A stretch of 41,024 bases of DNA from a virus: the UHGV virus genome UHGV-0070243. The stretch is one strand, 5' to 3'. A program made the position numbers and the translations under genes. Within the stretch, counting starts at the first letter, position 1; every line of letters begins with the position of its first letter. Positions 36,618-41,024 of this stretch are shown here, one piece after another. Below the pieces are notes generated by a model. It was given only the letters and a program-made list of their open reading frames with translations. It had not been told where the DNA came from and searched no databases.

Positions 36618-36680
36618 TCACCCATAAGGTAACAAAAATCAAGGATAGTTACCTATGAGGTGCATTTACCTGTTGGGTAA
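36618..36680. promoter_or_regulatory. OR-like tripartite operator between divergent cro-like and repressor genes
   Basis: three sites: TcACCcataaGGTAA (36618-36632), TTACCtatgaGGTgc (36649-36663), TTACCtgttgGGTAA (36666-36680). Confidence 0.65.
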
Positions 36681-36735
36681 TATTGCTTTAAATTGAATCA
36701 TCTACTGATTCATATATGAGGCGATTTTCCAGAAA

Positions 36736-37320
36736 ATGAAAAGTATCCAGGACGTCCGCAGGCAAAATCTCAACGACTTGATCGACCGTGAATTCAATGG
36801 TGTTCAGACGCGGATGGCAGAAAAACTTGGAACTCAGGCAAATCTGGTAAACCGCTGGGCTCTTGGCAAGAAGGTTATCGGCGACCAGGTTGCGCGAAAA
36901 ATTGAAGCTGCCGCCAATAAACCCCGTAACTGGCTTGATATCGATCGCTCGCTTTCTCAGGAAGGTTTTCAGCCTGTCGGCCCAAGCGACATTGGTCAGC
37001 TGGCGGCTCACAACCTGGAACGCTGGATGAGCGAAAGCCGCGACCTTTCAACACAGGGAAAACTTCACCGCGCATCCGGCGTCGCCCAGGTGACAATCAG
37101 CCGCCTGTTAAACAATGAGGTCAGCGTTTCCATTTCCACCCTGGAGAATGTTGCATCCGCATTCGGGCGTCACGGCTATGAATTACTGATTCACCCGCAC
37201 GACCCTGCGACTATCAACTATGACCGCTCGCGCTACGCATTGTTACCCGAAACAGAGAAGGCAAAGATCGAAAGTTACATTGAATTTGTCATCAGCCAGA
37301 ACGAAAAAAACAAACAATAA
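36736..37320 (+). CDS. tandem-HTH (two XRE-type domains) repressor-like protein (194 aa), no S24 peptidase domain
   Basis: two HTH segments (GVQTRMAEKLGTQANLVNRWALGKK and HRASGVAQVTISRLLNNEV); cI-like position between OR-like and OL-like operator clusters; own terminator. Confidence 0.6.
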   Translation: MKSIQDVRRQNLNDLIDREFNGVQTRMAEKLGTQANLVNRWALGKKVIGDQVARKIEAAANKPRNWLDIDRSLSQEGFQPVGPSDIGQLAAHNLERWMSESRDLSTQGKLHRASGVAQVTISRLLNNEVSVSISTLENVASAFGRHGYELLIHPHDPATINYDRSRYALLPETEKAKIESYIEFVISQNEKNKQ

Positions 37321-37340
37321 AATCATATTTTTCAGTAAGT

Positions 37341-37367
37341 AAGCCGCCTCATGGCGGCTTTTTTATT
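37341..37367 (+). terminator. rho-independent terminator after repressor gene
   Basis: AAGCCGCC-tcat-GGCGGCTT + TTTTATT. Confidence 0.75.
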
Positions 37368-37377
37368 GCCAGCAAGA

Positions 37378-37454
37378 TTACCTTATGGGTAATTTTTTTA
37401 ACTCATATCTATTGACATCAAACCAGATACGCATAATCATTACCTCAACGGTAA
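37378..37454. promoter_or_regulatory. OL-like operator pair flanking a PL-like promoter
   Basis: TTACCttatgGGTAA (37378-37392), TTGACA at 37412-37417, TTACCtcaacGGTAA (37440-37454), extra half-site GGTAAC at 37463-37468. Confidence 0.6.
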
Positions 37455-37473
37455 CAGACCGAGGTAACAAATT

Positions 37474-37626
37474 ATGCAGTGGAAAATCATCAACGGTTGG
37501 TACTGCGTTACTGCATGCGGATTCATGAGCTGGAAGTTCCGCACCTTACAGGAAGGCATTAAGTGGGCTTTCGTCAGCAAAGAAGCTCGCGATGTGGCCA
37601 ACGATAACGAGATATGGGAGGGCTGA
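37474..37626 (+). CDS. hypothetical small protein (50 aa), first gene of rightward early operon
   Basis: not in ORF track (under 60 aa); SD GAGGT 8 nt before ATG; Trp/Cys-containing. Confidence 0.4.
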   Translation: MQWKIINGWYCVTACGFMSWKFRTLQEGIKWAFVSKEARDVANDNEIWEG

Positions 37627-37628
37627 TA

Positions 37629-37928
37629 ATGAACGTTAATCAGCAGAAAAATCTTCAAAAAATCATGCAGGCATTCGACAAGGACTACCACCTGTCAGAA
37701 CAGCTATATGACCGACAAGTTGAACTGATTGAGAGCATCCGACTTCATCAACTGTCATCAACTTTCGACGTTGTAACAGGCAAAGGCGTTCGTCAGGAAG
37801 TACTGGAGGCTGCTAAAGACAGCCCTGAGTTCGAAGAACTGATGGATGCCTATCGGCGAGAGGCAATGGCAATTATCGCCCGCTGGGATCTGGCGGATCA
37901 GCTTGATGGACAGAAGGACGCGGCATGA
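37629..37928 (+). CDS. hypothetical early protein (99 aa)
   Basis: SD GGGAGGG 6 nt before ATG 37629; ORF 37614..37928 trimmed; overlaps exonuclease start. Confidence 0.5.
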   Translation: MNVNQQKNLQKIMQAFDKDYHLSEQLYDRQVELIESIRLHQLSSTFDVVTGKGVRQEVLEAAKDSPEFEELMDAYRREAMAIIARWDLADQLDGQKDAA

Positions 37929-38746
37929 AACCGGGAATTTATTTCGGCATCAGCAACGAAGACTACCACGCAGGTGACGGCGTGAGTAAGTCGCAACTGG
38001 ACATGGTTGCCAAGAATCCGGCGCTTCTTAAATGGGTTCAGGCAGCACCAGAAGACGAAGAGAAAAAGTCTGCATTGGATATGGGAACCGCATTGCACTG
38101 CCTGCTTCTGGAACCTGGAGAATTCGACAAACGCTTCATCGTGTCACCGAAATTCGATCGTCGGACAAAACAAGGTAAAGCTGACGAAGAAGCATTTCTT
38201 CGTGATGTGGCGGATATGGGTATTACGGTACTTGATGTCGAGCAGTGGCGAAAACTTGAGCTCATGCGTGATAGCGCAATGGCTCATCCGGCGGCACGCT
38301 GGATGTTGGAAGCACCTGGTTACTGCGAAGCATCAATGTACTGGAACGATGAAGAGACGGGTGAGTTGTGCCGAATTCGTCCAGACAAATGGCTGAACGA
38401 GCACAACGTGATCGTCGACGTGAAAAAGGTTGCAGATATGGACCGTTTTGCACGCCACATCGAGGAATTCCGCTACCACGTGCAGGACGCAATGTACCGC
38501 GAAGGCGCAACGAGGGTTACTGGTCAACCGCATGGTTTTTTCTTTCTTGCCGTGAGCGAAAGCATTGATTGTGGTCGGTATCCGGTACGCGTGTTCGAGT
38601 TGGATGCGCCGGATGTCGATGCCGGGCACGCTCTGTTCCGCCGGGATCTGAATACCTATCACGAATGCCGCATAAATGATGAATGGGGCGGCGTGGAAAT
38701 TATTAAACGCCCTGACTGGGCACGTAAACAGGATATGTATGTATGA
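37925..38746 (+). CDS. RecE-like PD-(D/E)XK exonuclease (273 aa)
   Basis: nuclease motif RIRPDKW...IVDVKK; immediately upstream of and overlapping the RecT/Bet gene. Confidence 0.65.
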   Translation: MKPGIYFGISNEDYHAGDGVSKSQLDMVAKNPALLKWVQAAPEDEEKKSALDMGTALHCLLLEPGEFDKRFIVSPKFDRRTKQGKADEEAFLRDVADMGITVLDVEQWRKLELMRDSAMAHPAARWMLEAPGYCEASMYWNDEETGELCRIRPDKWLNEHNVIVDVKKVADMDRFARHIEEFRYHVQDAMYREGATRVTGQPHGFFFLAVSESIDCGRYPVRVFELDAPDVDAGHALFRRDLNTYHECRINDEWGGVEIIKRPDWARKQDMYV

Positions 38747-39624
38747 GCAATGATATCGCAATCACATCACAACCAGGCGCAACTGTAGGCACTGCTGCGG
38801 CAATCTTCAGCCCCGAGGGCATGAATCAACTGGTGCGTTTCGCGGAGTTGATGTCACAAAGCAAAGCGACTGTACCGAAACATCTTGAAGGCAAACCTGC
38901 CGATTGCCTGGCGGTGACTATGCAGGCGGCACAGTGGGGAATGAACCCTTTCGCCGTGGCGCAGAAAACGCATGTGGTAAACGGAACGTTAGGCTACGAA
39001 GCACAGTTGGTAAACGCGGTCGTATCCTCTTCCAGCCTGCTGGCGACACGCCTGAATTATCGCTGGAGCGGTGACTGGTCGAATGTTAACGGCAAAACAG
39101 ATAAATCACCGAATCTGACGGTAACTGTGTCAGCAGTTCTTAAAGGTGAAACAGAACCCCGTGAGCTTACCATCAGTATGGCGCAAGCCGGAGTGCGTAA
39201 CTCTCCATTGTGGGAACAGGATCCGCGCCAGCAGCTTGCCTATCTTTGCACGAAACGATGGGCTCGCCTGCACGCTCCTGATGTGCTTCTCGGTGTTTAC
39301 ACCCCTGACGAATTACAGGAAACGGCACCGCGCGTTGAGCGAGACATTACTCCGCAAACAACTACTGCTGCGGGAATGAACAGTCTGATCAACGCTAAAC
39401 CAGTGAAAAAGCCTGATGAGCAAACTCGTAAAGCGGATAGCCGTGATCCAGAAGAAATGCTGATGGCCTTTACCAGCGCAGCGATGAATTACAGCACTGT
39501 CTCCGAACTGGATAAGGCTTACAAATACATTGCACAAAAACTTTCAGATGATGACGAACTGCTGGCAAAAGCCACCGACGTTTACAGCGTTCGTCGGGAA
39601 GAATTAAACGAAACATCTATGTAA
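38743..39624 (+). CDS. bet: RecT/Bet-family single-strand annealing protein (293 aa)
   Basis: segments resembling lambda Bet (e.g. ERDITP; memory); gene pair with upstream exonuclease. Confidence 0.7.
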   Translation: MSNDIAITSQPGATVGTAAAIFSPEGMNQLVRFAELMSQSKATVPKHLEGKPADCLAVTMQAAQWGMNPFAVAQKTHVVNGTLGYEAQLVNAVVSSSSLLATRLNYRWSGDWSNVNGKTDKSPNLTVTVSAVLKGETEPRELTISMAQAGVRNSPLWEQDPRQQLAYLCTKRWARLHAPDVLLGVYTPDELQETAPRVERDITPQTTTAAGMNSLINAKPVKKPDEQTRKADSRDPEEMLMAFTSAAMNYSTVSELDKAYKYIAQKLSDDDELLAKATDVYSVRREELNETSM

Positions 39625-39673
39625 CCACCACCGCGGCGCCACGCGCGCCGCACTGCAACCAAGAGAGGTATTT

Positions 39674-39922
39674 ATGAAAGGTGCATTAGGTAAGAAGGAA
39701 CTCCTGGCGGTGGTGCCACTGTCATGGAGCACTATCGACCGTATGGAGCGCGCAGGGGAATTTCCTAAACGCTGGTATATCACCGATAAACGCTGCGCAT
39801 GGAACCGTGACGAAGTTGAGCGTTGGCTTGATGAACGTCAGGCAGCAAGCCCGGCAGAGTTCCAGGGTAAAAAACCTCCTGTTCAGCAACGTGTATATCG
39901 TCCCGTGAGCAACGCTGCATGA
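39674..39922 (+). CDS. AlpA/excisionase-like HTH regulator (82 aa)
   Basis: MerR/Xis-like winged-helix pattern (LAVVPLSWSTIDRMERAGEFPKRWYITDKRCAWNRDEVERWL) typical of the AlpA family; RBS AGAGAGG. Confidence 0.6.
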   Translation: MKGALGKKELLAVVPLSWSTIDRMERAGEFPKRWYITDKRCAWNRDEVERWLDERQAASPAEFQGKKPPVQQRVYRPVSNAA

Positions 39923-40031
39923 GTGCGCTGCTAAGGCACTGGATCAAATGGTCAGGATGGTACTTATTCCTGGCCTCTGTTTCAGCATGGCTTTATCTGC
40001 TGGCATTAATTTTCAGAGAGGGTTGGATTAA

Positions 40032-40331
40032 GTGAGAAAGTTAAGCCGACTTGAAAAATACCACATGAATAAGGTTTCAATGCGCAGTCCGTCAAAGATT
40101 GTCGCCGTTACTCCTGCGGCGATAGAGATCGAAAAACGCGCGATTGAAAGAGAGAAAAAAGGGCAGTTCCGCATTGCCGCTCACCTTTGGCTTCAGTGTA
40201 TGGATGTTGCTTCTGGTGATGTTGAACGTGCAAGGATCGCGGTTCGCAGGGACCAATGTATCACAAAAGGTAACGGCCTTCGCCGTGGCGACTATAGCGG
40301 CATAGGATGTTGTGGGGTGGTTTATGACTAA
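40032..40331 (+). CDS. hypothetical protein (99 aa)
   Basis: ORF track; start uncertain (GTG 40032 or ATG 40065). Confidence 0.4.
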   Translation: MRKLSRLEKYHMNKVSMRSPSKIVAVTPAAIEIEKRAIEREKKGQFRIAAHLWLQCMDVASGDVERARIAVRRDQCITKGNGLRRGDYSGIGCCGVVYD

Positions 40332-40974
40332 GAAATACACACTAATCTATGCAGATCCACCCTGGGTATACCGGGACAAAGCCGCAGATGGTAATCGCGG
40401 TGCCGGTTTTAAATATCCAGTTATGAGTGTGCTGGATATCTGCCGCCTTCCTGTGTGGGATTTGACCGCTGAAAACTGTCTGTTGGCCATGTGGTGGGTG
40501 CCAACACAACCACTCGAAGCACTAAAAGTTGTTGAAGCCTGGGGATTTCGTCTGATGACGATGAAGGGCTTCACGTGGATAAAATGTGGTAGTCGACAAC
40601 CAGATAAACTGGTTATGGGTATGGGACACATGACTCGCGCCAATAGTGAAGATTGCCTGTTTGCGGTAAAGGGAAAACTACCTACGCGCATTAATGCAGG
40701 GATCGTTCAGTCATTTACCGCACCGCGGCTTGAGCATTCAAGAAAGCCAGATATCGTTCGTGAAAAACTTGTGCAATTATTAGGCGATGTTTCTCGCATT
40801 GAACTGTTCGCCCGCCAGACGTCTCATGGCTTCGATGTTTGGGGTAATCAGTGCGAAGACCCGGCAGTGCAACTACACCCTGGATACGCGTTGGATATTG
40901 GCGGATTAACAAATGCATTCAGCAATGCTCCGCTGTCACCAACAGACATCCAGGGGCGGGAGCGTGCTGCATGA
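40324..40974 (+). CDS. MT-A70-family N6-adenine DNA methyltransferase (216 aa), orphan
   Basis: catalytic motif DPPW (IYADPPWVY) near N-terminus; no adjacent restriction gene in the window. Confidence 0.75.
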   Translation: MTKKYTLIYADPPWVYRDKAADGNRGAGFKYPVMSVLDICRLPVWDLTAENCLLAMWWVPTQPLEALKVVEAWGFRLMTMKGFTWIKCGSRQPDKLVMGMGHMTRANSEDCLFAVKGKLPTRINAGIVQSFTAPRLEHSRKPDIVREKLVQLLGDVSRIELFARQTSHGFDVWGNQCEDPAVQLHPGYALDIGGLTNAFSNAPLSPTDIQGRERAA

Positions 40975-41024
40975 ACAGGGCATCACCAGCAGATTTAAGA
41001 AAATGCCTTGAAACTGCAAACATG

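Noticed and set aside
1-41024. Integrase, excisionase proper and the second att site
   Set aside because: Not found in the window; the early rightward operon runs off the right edge, so they are presumably beyond 41024. Not reported as features.

Overview
The window holds about 1.8 kb of enterobacterial chromosome (three plus-strand genes I recall as E. coli yfgG-yfgH-yfgI, ending in a bidirectional terminator) followed by about 39 kb of a mosaic temperate prophage; its integrase/att end lies beyond the right edge. Reading leftward on the minus strand: a lambdoid immunity region (tandem-HTH repressor, divergent operators, Cro-like gene), replication genes (O-like with internal iterons and a DnaT-like C-terminus, lambda P-like loader), nin-like genes, terminase small and large subunits, a plus-strand tRNA-Arg(UCU) plus membrane/coiled-coil moron inserted before the portal, a virion module whose gene sizes and order resemble T7 (portal, scaffold, capsid, tubular-tail A/B-like, four internal core proteins, one with a lytic transglycosylase domain), a P22 immI-like block (mnt, arc, ant, a second Bro-N antirepressor, a LexA box), a 1039-aa tail fibre/spike with Asp-boxes and a C-terminal chaperone domain, and a terminal lysis cassette (two holin-like proteins, GH19-type endolysin, Rz/Rz1). 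The right arm is a PL-like operon with a RecE-like exonuclease, RecT/Bet, an AlpA-like regulator and an MT-A70 methyltransferase. Most notable: a palindromic motif TTACC-N5-GGTAA at 13 intergenic sites (9 perfect), spread from the immunity region to accessory genes; an inverted-repeat-bounded cargo cassette inside the immI block; and a LexA-controlled stand-alone antirepressor-domain protein. All homology statements are from reading the translations and from memory of protein families; no database search was run. Coordinates of CDS come from the supplied ORF track, with starts trimmed where an internal ATG has a better ribosome-binding site.
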